Source: Candidatus Cloacimonadales bacterium
Lineage (GTDB): Bacteria > Cloacimonadota > Cloacimonadia > Cloacimonadales > JAFGVF01
Direction: 5' to 3'
NCBI GenBank assembly: GCA_963678315.1
Contig: OY782781.1
Span: 512,001-576,000 of the forward strand
Length of the DNA: 64,000 nucleotides
A program made the translations under genes and the position numbers. Below are positions 28,248 through 36,625 of the stretch, in pieces (position 1 is the first letter of the stretch; every line of letters begins with the position of its first letter). The notes below the pieces were generated by a model. That model had not been told where the DNA came from, made no database searches, and saw only the letters and a program-made list of their open reading frames with translations.

Positions 28248-31200
28248 TTATTTAGTCAACAAAATTTTAGTAGTTTGCTGTAATTTATTTTGTTTCATTT
28301 TAACAAAATACATACCTGAAGCTACTTTATTACCTCTATTATCCACACCATTCCAAACAACACTGTAGTTACCAGCTGTTTTGTTATCATTTACAAGAGT
28401 CTTTACTAATTGGCCCTTAATGTTATAAACTTTGATACTAACAATAGAAGTATCGGCAACTGAATAAAGAATGTTAGTAGAAGGGTTAAATGGATTTGGG
28501 TAGTTAGATAATTTTCCACCATTAAAAGCTACAGTTTCTTGGTCTTTGTTTCCTACGAATGGGAAAACACCTAAGTCAGCAATTGAACCATCAGGATCGA
28601 ATTCTTCTTCAGGGTCACCAGCATCGATACAAGGAGAACCAGCAGCTAGATGGTATTGAATATATTTTTCAGCTAAATCGTCTTTAGCTTGGTCATCACC
28701 TATGAATTCAGGGTTTTCATTAATGTTTTGAATTCCAGGGAATAGGTCACCATTTGGAAGTGATATATTATTATAGTTTGCCTCAATATAATCATAGTCA
28801 TTAACAATGTTGCTTTCAGGGTCATCGTCCCAGATTACATTATTAACTAAGTATGAATCAGTATATTTTGAATAAAGAGCTTTCTCGAAATTAACGATAG
28901 TATTATTTATCAAAGTAACTTCTTGAGTATTTTTTACATCAACTGCTTTTGAATTATTCTTATCATAAGTAATAAAGATTAGGTTTCTATTAACATTACT
29001 CTTTGCTTGAGTACCAGTAACTTTCACTGCTGGATCACATGATTTAATAACATTATTATCAATATTTGAATTTAGTTTACCACTAAGTTCAATACCTTTA
29101 ATTGAACCTCTTCGGTCATCACTTTGATAAATTTCAGTATTTACGATAGCAACATCTACTTCATTGTTGTAGTTGTTCTTGAAATATATTGAATAATCAT
29201 AATCTGAAATATTAGAGTTATCGATAGCTAAGTTTGTATTACCTTTTACATAGATAGCCTTTGAATTACTCTTATCATTGTTCATTTGATTAATCACAAT
29301 ATTCTCAAGATTTACATCTACTTCATTAGAATAAGAAGTTAACTGAATAGCATTCTTGTAGTTTTGAACAGTTACGTTACTGATTGAATAAGAGTTATTA
29401 CCTTTAGATTTAATACCATAACTTTGAGCTCTAGCATCTTCAGTAAGTGTTATAGAAACATTATCAATTGTGTGGTCTCCATCACTTTGAACATCTATTG
29501 CTAAGTCATAGTTTTCTAATTCACAGTTAGTAATTGTAGCTTGGTCACAACCATCAATTTGGATAGCTTTAGATGTAGCTCTTAGAGTTTTCCAGCTTTC
29601 AGGTGAAAGATAAACTCTAGTTTGATCTAGTACTGGAGTTGTTAAATCTTCATCATCATCTTCACCTTTCTTGATTGTGATACCTTCATCATAGTTTTCT
29701 ACTTCTACATTAGTTAGAATAGGGCTAATGTCACCATCATAAACGATACCTTTTGTAGTTCCACGACTATTCTTCCAGCTTTCAGGTGAAAGATAAACTC
29801 TAGTTTGATCTAATACTGGAGTTGTTAGATCTTCATCATCGTCTTCACCCTTCTTAATAGTGATACCTTCATCATAGTTTTCTACTTCTACATTAGTGAT
29901 TGTTGATTCTGTGTATCCTTCAACAACTATACCCTTTGTAGTTCCACGACTATTCTTCCAGCTTTCAGGTGAAAGATAAACTCTAGTTTGGTCTAATACT
30001 GGAGTTGTTAAATCTTCGTCATCGTCTTCACCTTTCTTAATGGTGATACCTTCATCATAGTTTCCAACTTCTACGTTTGATAGAGTAGGGTCTATTTTAC
30101 CGTCAACTACTATACCTTTAGTAGTTGTTCTAATAGTTTTCCAGCTTTCAGGTGAAAGATAAACTCTAGTTTGGTCTAGTACTGGAGTTGTTAAATCTTC
30201 ATCATCGTCTTCACCCTTCTTAATGGTGATACCTTCATCATAGTTTTCTACTTCTACATTTGATAGGGTTGGGCTGATTTTACCTTCAACTACTATACCT
30301 TTTGTAGTTGTTCTTGTAGTTTTCCAGCTTTCAGGTGAAAGATAAACTCTAGTTTGATCTAGTACTGGAGTTGTTAAATCCTCGTCATCATCTTCACCTT
30401 TACGAATTGTGATACCTTCATCGTAGTTTTCTACTTCTACATTTGATAAAGTTGGTTCTGTAGAACCTTCAACAATGATTCCTTTTGTAGTTCCACGACT
30501 ATTCTTCCAGCTTTCTGGAGAAAGATAAACTCTAGTTTGATCTAGTACAGGAGTTGTTAAATCTTCGTCATCATCTTCACCTTTACGGATTGTGATACCT
30601 TCATCGTAGTTTTCTATTTCTAGATTAGTTATATTGATTGTAGATTCAATAACAATACCTTTAGTATCTGTAGATCTACCAGACTTCCAACTTTCAGGTG
30701 AAAGATAAACTCTAGTTTGGTCTAATACAGGAGTTGTTAAATCTTCATCATCATCTTCACCCTTCTTAATGGTGATACCAGTCATATAACCAATGACTTC
30801 TAAGTTTGAGATTTGAGATCCATAAGTATCTTCAACATAAAAACCTGATGTGAAATCATCACTTCCATATCCTTGAATTACTAGATGATCAATATTGCTA
30901 GTTTTACTTGCATAAAAACCTTCGAGTGCACCAACCATCACAGTATGATTAAGAACTGTTTCTTGGTTATTAGAAGAAATCTTTAACCATTCACCATTCT
31001 CGTTTTCAGGAAGAAAGCTTACCACATCATCTTCAGTTCCATTTGTGACAAATGTTCCGTTAACAGTTAATGCTATATCATCAGCCATCAAAACTGTTAC
31101 ACCAGCTTGGACAACTAAAGATTGACCTTGTGCAATCTCAACATCATTATGAATTATATATGGACTATTTTCAATTGTCCATTCTCCTTCAATCTGTGAT

Positions 31201-31274
31201 GAAGAAATGTTGGTCTCTGCAGAAACAGCAAGGAACAAGATTAAAATATTTAAAATTAACAGCAACCTTTTCAT
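28248..31274 (-). CDS. Secreted beta-helix repeat protein with C-terminal FlgD/T9SS-like sorting domain
   Basis: Signal peptide MKRLLLILNILILFLAVSA after AAGGAG; 'G.WT..NSPY' start; 7 internal repeats; SPCIDAGDP...DGS.ADLG; C-terminal NYPNPFNPST...YNIKGQLVKTL...WNG.D..G..VASGMYF. Confidence 0.8.
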   Translation of the reverse strand: MKRLLLILNILILFLAVSAETNISSSQIEGEWTIENSPYIIHNDVEIAQGQSLVVQAGVTVLMADDIALTVNGTFVTNGTEDDVVSFLPENENGEWLKISSNNQETVLNHTVMVGALEGFYASKTSNIDHLVIQGYGSDDFTSGFYVEDTYGSQISNLEVIGYMTGITIKKGEDDDEDLTTPVLDQTRVYLSPESWKSGRSTDTKGIVIESTINITNLEIENYDEGITIRKGEDDDEDLTTPVLDQTRVYLSPESWKNSRGTTKGIIVEGSTEPTLSNVEVENYDEGITIRKGEDDDEDLTTPVLDQTRVYLSPESWKTTRTTTKGIVVEGKISPTLSNVEVENYDEGITIKKGEDDDEDLTTPVLDQTRVYLSPESWKTIRTTTKGIVVDGKIDPTLSNVEVGNYDEGITIKKGEDDDEDLTTPVLDQTRVYLSPESWKNSRGTTKGIVVEGYTESTITNVEVENYDEGITIKKGEDDDEDLTTPVLDQTRVYLSPESWKNSRGTTKGIVYDGDISPILTNVEVENYDEGITIKKGEDDDEDLTTPVLDQTRVYLSPESWKTLRATSKAIQIDGCDQATITNCELENYDLAIDVQSDGDHTIDNVSITLTEDARAQSYGIKSKGNNSYSISNVTVQNYKNAIQLTSYSNEVDVNLENIVINQMNNDKSNSKAIYVKGNTNLAIDNSNISDYDYSIYFKNNYNNEVDVAIVNTEIYQSDDRRGSIKGIELSGKLNSNIDNNVIKSCDPAVKVTGTQAKSNVNRNLIFITYDKNNSKAVDVKNTQEVTLINNTIVNFEKALYSKYTDSYLVNNVIWDDDPESNIVNDYDYIEANYNNISLPNGDLFPGIQNINENPEFIGDDQAKDDLAEKYIQYHLAAGSPCIDAGDPEEEFDPDGSIADLGVFPFVGNKDQETVAFNGGKLSNYPNPFNPSTNILYSVADTSIVSIKVYNIKGQLVKTLVNDNKTAGNYSVVWNGVDNRGNKVASGMYFVKMKQNKLQQTTKILLTK
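29580..30785 (-). repeat. Intragenic tandem repeat, 7 copies, 183-bp period (one 180-bp)
   Basis: Anchor TTCCA(G/A)CTTTC at 29590, 29773, 29956, 30139, 30322, 30505, 30685. Confidence 0.95.
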
Positions 31275-31331
31275 AACTTTCTCCTTTTTTATATAATCAT
31301 TATTAATTTTCAAAGTTACACCTTTCTATAA

Positions 31332-31347
31332 TGCATGATAAATTCCA
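31332..31347 (-). promoter_or_regulatory. Putative sigma-54 (-24/-12) promoter of the repeat-protein gene
   Basis: Minus strand TGGAATTTATCATGCA = GG-N10-GC, 58 bp upstream of ATG 31274. Confidence 0.6.
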
Positions 31348-31455
31348 CAACTATCAAATATTTTACATTTATTTTTATTATAATTATCTATCTATTTATC
31401 AGATACTTACACACCATTACACACATCTATCCTGTTCAATATAGGATTATTAGCC

Positions 31456-31491
31456 TTACAGTACTTGTAACATTATGTCTCATTTGTGACA
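31456..31491. promoter_or_regulatory. Putative enhancer (UAS) palindromes
   Basis: TTACA-gtact-TGTAA (31456-31470) and TGTC-tcatttgt-GACA (31476-31491), about 110-145 bp upstream of the -24/-12 element. Confidence 0.45.
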
Positions 31492-32834
31492 TTATTACCC
31501 AGTTTTGTAATGTTAAGGTCTTCAATCTTCCTATACAGAGTCTTTCTATGCATCTGAAGTATTTTACAAGCTTCTGATTTATTCCAATCGCACTTCTCAA
31601 GCGCATTTATAATAATTTTCTTCTCAGTTTGCCTAATAATCTCAGTAAAGCTTAATCCATCAAAATCATCAATTTGACTATATGCATGTTTGATTTCAAT
31701 AGCTAAATCTTCCGGTCTTAATTCATCACTATGACAATATAACACAGCTGTAAAAATAATGTGCTTTAATTCCCTTACATTTCCAGGCCAAGAGTACTGT
31801 AATAAGAGTTCTTCTGTTTCTTTGCTAAAGCCATTTATCTTTTTATTAAATTCTTCATTCGCCTTACTAAGGAAGTAGTCAGCAATTAGTATTATATCGT
31901 CTTCTCTTTCTCTTAATTCTGGAAGGTTTAGAAAAATCTCATTTAATCTATAGTATAAATCATCGCGAAATCTGTTCTGTTTGATTAATTCTTCAAAGTC
32001 TACATTTGAAGTGGCAATAATCCTAAAATCTATAGTAATCTCTTTCTCTGAACCTATAGGGAAAAATTTCTTTTCTTGGATAACTCGTAAGAGTTTTGCC
32101 TGACTTGCTATAGGAAGATTAGTTATCTCATCAAGGAATATAGTACCACCATGAGCTAACTCAAACTTTCCAATTTGGCCTTCAGCTCCTGTATAAGATC
32201 CTTTGGTAGAGCCAAAGAGTTCATTTTCTATTAGGTTTTCAGGAAGTGCTCCACAATCAACAGCTATAAATGGTCCATCCTTTCTTTTTGAATTGTTATG
32301 AATCATTCGTGCTATAACTTCTTTACCAGTGCCACTCTTCCCTAGAATGAGTACATTTAAACTTGTTGGAGCTATAACCTCAATTTTATCTATAATAGTT
32401 TTGATGGCAGTACTTTTGCCAATAAAAGTAGTTTCCCCCATATTAAGTCGGAAGTCAGAATCAGAATTAGTATTCTTAATGTAACGTCTTACTGCACTTA
32501 ATAATTCTGCCTTTTTAATCGGCTTAGTAAGATAATCAACAGCACCTCTTTTCAAGGCTTCTACTGCGTCATACACCTTACTCATACCAGATATCATTAA
32601 GACAGGTAACGAAGGATCAATTCCTTTTATTTTTGGTAATAAGTCTATACCATTATTACCACTTAAATAGACATCAAGTAAGACTAATGAGATATTGTTT
32701 TTCCTAATTATATCTAGTGCCTCAGAATAACTAGTTGAACTTATTATCTCCAGTTCTTCTTTCTTAAGAAACATCTTAAACAAGTCTATTATTTGCTTTT
32801 CATCATCAACTATTAGTATTTTATTTTTTTCCAT
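31473..32834 (-). CDS. Sigma-54-dependent response regulator (NtrC/AtoC family)
   Basis: REC domain; GKSGTGKE; ENELFG + GSYTGA; FLDEI; WPGNVREL; Fis HTH; ATG 32834 follows GGAG. Confidence 0.92.
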   Translation of the reverse strand: MEKNKILIVDDEKQIIDLFKMFLKKEELEIISSTSYSEALDIIRKNNISLVLLDVYLSGNNGIDLLPKIKGIDPSLPVLMISGMSKVYDAVEALKRGAVDYLTKPIKKAELLSAVRRYIKNTNSDSDFRLNMGETTFIGKSTAIKTIIDKIEVIAPTSLNVLILGKSGTGKEVIARMIHNNSKRKDGPFIAVDCGALPENLIENELFGSTKGSYTGAEGQIGKFELAHGGTIFLDEITNLPIASQAKLLRVIQEKKFFPIGSEKEITIDFRIIATSNVDFEELIKQNRFRDDLYYRLNEIFLNLPELREREDDIILIADYFLSKANEEFNKKINGFSKETEELLLQYSWPGNVRELKHIIFTAVLYCHSDELRPEDLAIEIKHAYSQIDDFDGLSFTEIIRQTEKKIIINALEKCDWNKSEACKILQMHRKTLYRKIEDLNITKLGNNVTNET

Positions 32835-32964
32835 AACTCCAACCACATGGATTTTTCTAAAAGTGAATATTTATTTTCTTATGTCAAGATAATTCTTTTT
32901 AACATTTTCACGTTACAATATTTTGTTCAAAGAGTTTTGTTATAATTTACTAAGAAAACACTTG

Positions 32965-33325
32965 ATCCTTACTTGCCTCCTTGAAAAAAAGCCGATTTTT
33001 CAAGGAGACCCTTAAGGCAGAAGTGAGGATTGAGAAGTGAGGACTAGTTGTCTAAAACTGGGAACGCTCGGATGCTAGCCAGCTAATACTGGGAACGCTC
33101 GGCTGCTAGCCGGCTAATACTGGGAACGCTCGGCTGCTAGCCGGCTAATACTGGGAACGCTCGGCTGCTAGCCGGCTAATACTGGGAACGCTCGGCTGCT
33201 AGCCGGCTAATACTGGGAACGCTCGGCTGCTAGCCGGCTTTTGTATTTTAAATCTCATATACAACCTACTTTCGTACGTTTGGCCATCAGGGTGACGATG
33301 GCCTTCCGACTTTGCATGATAAACC
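32965..33325 (+). repeat. Composite palindromic cassette, copy 3 (REP amplified x6)
   Basis: End hairpin 32977-33011; tandem REP 33057-33239; right module 33261-33325. Confidence 0.75.
33057..33239 (+). repeat. 31-bp tandem repeat x6 (ACTGGGAACGCTCGGCTGCTAGCCGGCTAAT)
   Basis: Units start at 33057, 33088, 33119, 33150, 33181, 33212; first unit has 2 substitutions; no spacers. Confidence 0.95.
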
Positions 33326-33485
33326 AGAGAAGTAAATTTTTGTGTGAACTGGAAATTGCTATAGAGACGTTTTGAGAACGTCTCAATCGCAAGCTAGAAG
33401 CTTGCAACCCAAAAATAGTTCTCAAGCTGGAAGCCTGGCAGCAGATGATGCTAGAGTGTAATCTTTGACATTTTCTAGAATAAAG

Positions 33486-33516
33486 AAAAAGAGTCTTGAA
33501 CCAGTCAAGACTCTTT
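33486..33516 (-). terminator. Terminator of the pilus operon
   Basis: AAAGAGTCTTGA-accag-TCAAGACTCTTT with U tract on the minus strand. Confidence 0.75.
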
Positions 33517-33561
33517 ACTTTGAGAATAGTTGAATATTCTCTAAATATTACATTTATTTCC

Positions 33562-34815
33562 TTACTTAAGACCTTCGGACATCGCTTCACCAAGGTTAAA
33601 GATAGGAAGATAAATAACGATAATGATAGAACCAACAAGACCAGCCATAAGGATAATCAACATAGGTTCAATCAATGATGTTAATCTATCAATCACAGAG
33701 TCCATGAGTTTATCATAGAATTCTGCAGTTTTTCTTAATAGTTTATCAAGATCCCCAGTTTCTTCACCTGTATTCATCATTTGAAGAAGTGTAGAAGGGA
33801 ACTGTTCTGTTTTACGGAATGCGTGAGCAATACCATAACCTTCTTTAATCATAGTACGAGCATCTCTGATAGCACCTTCAATAACTGCATTTTGAACAAC
33901 ATTTTCACTTAGTTCAAGAGTTTCCATAATAGGAACACCAGCTTTCATAAGAATAGAGAAGGTACGAGCAAATTTACTCATCACTGAGTTTTCTATTAAC
34001 TTACCAATGACCGGGAATTTCAATTTCATCAAATCAAACGTGTAGCGACCTCTGTCGGTTAAGTTTATGATAAATATTGAAACAAAGAATAAAATCAGAA
34101 GACCGAAAGTACCTACAACATTTCCTTTTACAAGTTCACTAATATAAATAGCGAGTTTTGTAGGACCTGGTAAATCAGCACCAAAGTTAGCATAAACTTC
34201 AGCAAATTTAGGTATAATAAAATAGAAAAGAGCCCATACGATGAAAGCAAGGAATACAAGCACGAAGATAGGATAAGTCATAGCTGATCCAACCTTACGT
34301 TTAGTATCTTCTAATCTTTCAAGGTATACTGCTAATTCATCAAGTACAGTATGAAGAGTACCTGAAACCTCACCAGCTTTCACAAGTGAAACATAGAGAG
34401 GATTAAACACACCAGGGTGTTGTTCGAATGATTCAGAAAGAGAATAACCTTTTCTAATATCATCATCTATCTTTTTAAGAACTTTCTTAAACTTTTGATC
34501 TTTTTCTTCTCGTTCAAGGTCAGAAATAGCTTTCTCAATAGTAAGACCAGCAGAGAACATGGTAGATAGCTGTCTAGTAAAGAACACCAATGTTTTTAAT
34601 CTAACAGAAGTTCTAAACTTATAGATAGCTAACATAACCTTATCAAAGAGAGAAAGTTTCCCTTTGAAAGATCCGTCTGCAGCTGTTTTCACGGAAATAA
34701 TAGTACCACCATCAGCAGAAAGTTTTTCAATAGCAGCGTCCATAGTGTCAGCTTTTACGATACCTTCTTTGCGAGCACCTTTTGCATCTTTAATAGTATA
34801 TGAGAAATTAGCCAT
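33562..34815 (-). CDS. pilC: Type IV pilus platform protein PilC (T2SS F family)
   Basis: FTRQLSTMFSAGL, AGEVSGTL, YP.FV, GEETGDL, LIEP..I..Y.PIF. Confidence 0.92.
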   Translation of the reverse strand: MANFSYTIKDAKGARKEGIVKADTMDAAIEKLSADGGTIISVKTAADGSFKGKLSLFDKVMLAIYKFRTSVRLKTLVFFTRQLSTMFSAGLTIEKAISDLEREEKDQKFKKVLKKIDDDIRKGYSLSESFEQHPGVFNPLYVSLVKAGEVSGTLHTVLDELAVYLERLEDTKRKVGSAMTYPIFVLVFLAFIVWALFYFIIPKFAEVYANFGADLPGPTKLAIYISELVKGNVVGTFGLLILFFVSIFIINLTDRGRYTFDLMKLKFPVIGKLIENSVMSKFARTFSILMKAGVPIMETLELSENVVQNAVIEGAIRDARTMIKEGYGIAHAFRKTEQFPSTLLQMMNTGEETGDLDKLLRKTAEFYDKLMDSVIDRLTSLIEPMLIILMAGLVGSIIIVIYLPIFNLGEAMSEGLK

Positions 34816-34831
34816 ATTTTACCTTATCGTT

Positions 34832-36544
34832 TTAATCATTAATAGTCAATTTGATAACTTCTCTAATTGATGTAACACCGTTTCTCATTTTGCGTAAAGC
34901 CGCATCATGAAGAGTTCTCATACCTTGAGCAAGAGCTTCATTTTTGATAATATCTTGATTCTTACCTTCAAAGATAAGTGCTCTAACAGTCGGTGTGATA
35001 TGAAGAAGTTCGAAAATACCTTGACGACCAGCATAACCAGTATTGTCACAATGAACACAACCAGCACCGATTTTGAAGTCAATTTTTTCCGCTTCTTCGG
35101 CAGTAATACCAGCTTGAAGAAGTTCTAATTCTGTCGGTTTGTAATCAGTGATACAGTTTGGACAGATTTTACGAACAAGTCTCTGTGCCATAACTAGGCA
35201 TAAAGAAGAACCAACAAGATAAGGCTTAATACCGATATCAATAAGACGAGTTATAGTAGAAGGAGCATCATTAGCGTGAAGTGTTGAGAACACTAAGTGA
35301 CCAGTAAGTGAGAATTTAACCGCGATATCAGCAGTTTCAAAGTCACGAATCTCACCAATAAGCACAACGTCAGGGTCTTGACGAAGAACAGAACGAAGCG
35401 CAGAAAGGAAAGTAAGACCGATTTCTTCTTTAGTCTCAATTTGAGTAATACCAGCAAGTCTGTATTCAACAGGGTCTTCCACAGTAATGATATTTGTTTC
35501 TATATTTTCGATAGTTTTAATAGCTGCGTGAAGTGATGTAGATTTACCAGAACCAGTAGGACCAGACACGATGATAATACCATAAGGTCTTTTAATAACC
35601 TTTTGGAAAATTTCAAGGTCATCTGATTCGAAACCAAGAGTAGTAAGTTTAAAACCAAAATCACCTTTATCAAGAAGACGAAGCACAGCCTTTTCACCAT
35701 GAACAGTAGGAGCGATAGATACACGAACATCCACAGCTTTAATTTGTGTTTTTAGTGACATGTGACCATCTTGAGGAAGTCTTCTTTCAGCGATATTTAG
35801 TTTAGACATAACCTTAATCAAAGAGATGATACCAGCATGCATAGCAATAGGTGGGTTCATAACTTCTCTTAAAGCACCATCGACACGGAAACGAACACGA
35901 GTGTTTTTAATCATTGGCTCAATATGAATATCAGTAGTATTTGCTTTGATAGCTTCTGAAATGATAAGATTTACCATCTTAACAACAGGAGCATCTGCTT
36001 CAGCTTCTCCGCCACTATCAATAGAGATTTCATCACCGTCTCCATCAACAGCTACAAAGTCAAAGTTACCAACAGCATCTTCAACTTGTGAAGTAGTTCT
36101 AATACTCTTATAATACTTCTCTAAAGCATCAGTCAATAATGAGTCACCAATTAACATTGGTTCGATATTTTTATTAAGAATCTTTTTAAGATTATCTAAT
36201 ATATTAAGATTATCAGGGTCAGTCATTGCTACAATACAAACATCATCACTAGCTCTAAGAGAAATAACTCTGTTTTCAGTAGCAAATGGTTCTGGAATAA
36301 GAGAAACAACATCAACATCTAATTCCATAAGTTCATTAGAATTTACTACAGGAATGTCAAGTTGCATAGAAAGACATTCTAGTAACTGGTTCTCTTTAAT
36401 ATACCCTAACTTAAGTAAGGTTTCACCTAATTTTAAGGCGAAATTATTTTGTTTAATCAATGCCTCTTTGATTTGCTCGTCAGTCGCATATCCTTTATGG
36501 ACAAAGATTTCACCTATTCTTGCGAATTGAGGATTAAAAGCCAT
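34832..36544 (-). CDS. pilB: Type IV pilus assembly ATPase PilB (GspE family)
   Basis: MshEN-like N-terminus (RIGE...LGETL), IAERRLPQDG, GPTGSGKST, LRQDPD, TLHAND, Zn tetracysteine; ATG 36544 (track start 36550). Confidence 0.93.
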   Translation of the reverse strand: MAFNPQFARIGEIFVHKGYATDEQIKEALIKQNNFALKLGETLLKLGYIKENQLLECLSMQLDIPVVNSNELMELDVDVVSLIPEPFATENRVISLRASDDVCIVAMTDPDNLNILDNLKKILNKNIEPMLIGDSLLTDALEKYYKSIRTTSQVEDAVGNFDFVAVDGDGDEISIDSGGEAEADAPVVKMVNLIISEAIKANTTDIHIEPMIKNTRVRFRVDGALREVMNPPIAMHAGIISLIKVMSKLNIAERRLPQDGHMSLKTQIKAVDVRVSIAPTVHGEKAVLRLLDKGDFGFKLTTLGFESDDLEIFQKVIKRPYGIIIVSGPTGSGKSTSLHAAIKTIENIETNIITVEDPVEYRLAGITQIETKEEIGLTFLSALRSVLRQDPDVVLIGEIRDFETADIAVKFSLTGHLVFSTLHANDAPSTITRLIDIGIKPYLVGSSLCLVMAQRLVRKICPNCITDYKPTELELLQAGITAEEAEKIDFKIGAGCVHCDNTGYAGRQGIFELLHITPTVRALIFEGKNQDIIKNEALAQGMRTLHDAALRKMRNGVTSIREVIKLTIND

Positions 36545-36625
36545 AATCAATCCTTTTTTTTATGTTAAATTTCAAGATATCCCCAGCCCAAAAGAACTGG
36601 GGTATCGTAATTATAATTAATTAGC

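Noticed and set aside
29580..30785. Diversity-generating retroelement or RiPP precursor interpretation of the repeats
   Set aside because: No reverse transcriptase, no adenine-specific variation and no modification enzymes nearby; the repeats sit within a beta-helix-type secreted protein
33057..33239. Possible CRISPR array (31-bp repeats)
   Set aside because: Units are directly abutted with no unique spacers, and there are no cas genes in the window
33255..33678. ORFs 33255-33638 (-) and 33496-33678 (+)
   Set aside because: They overlap the pilC end, its terminator and repeats; likely spurious
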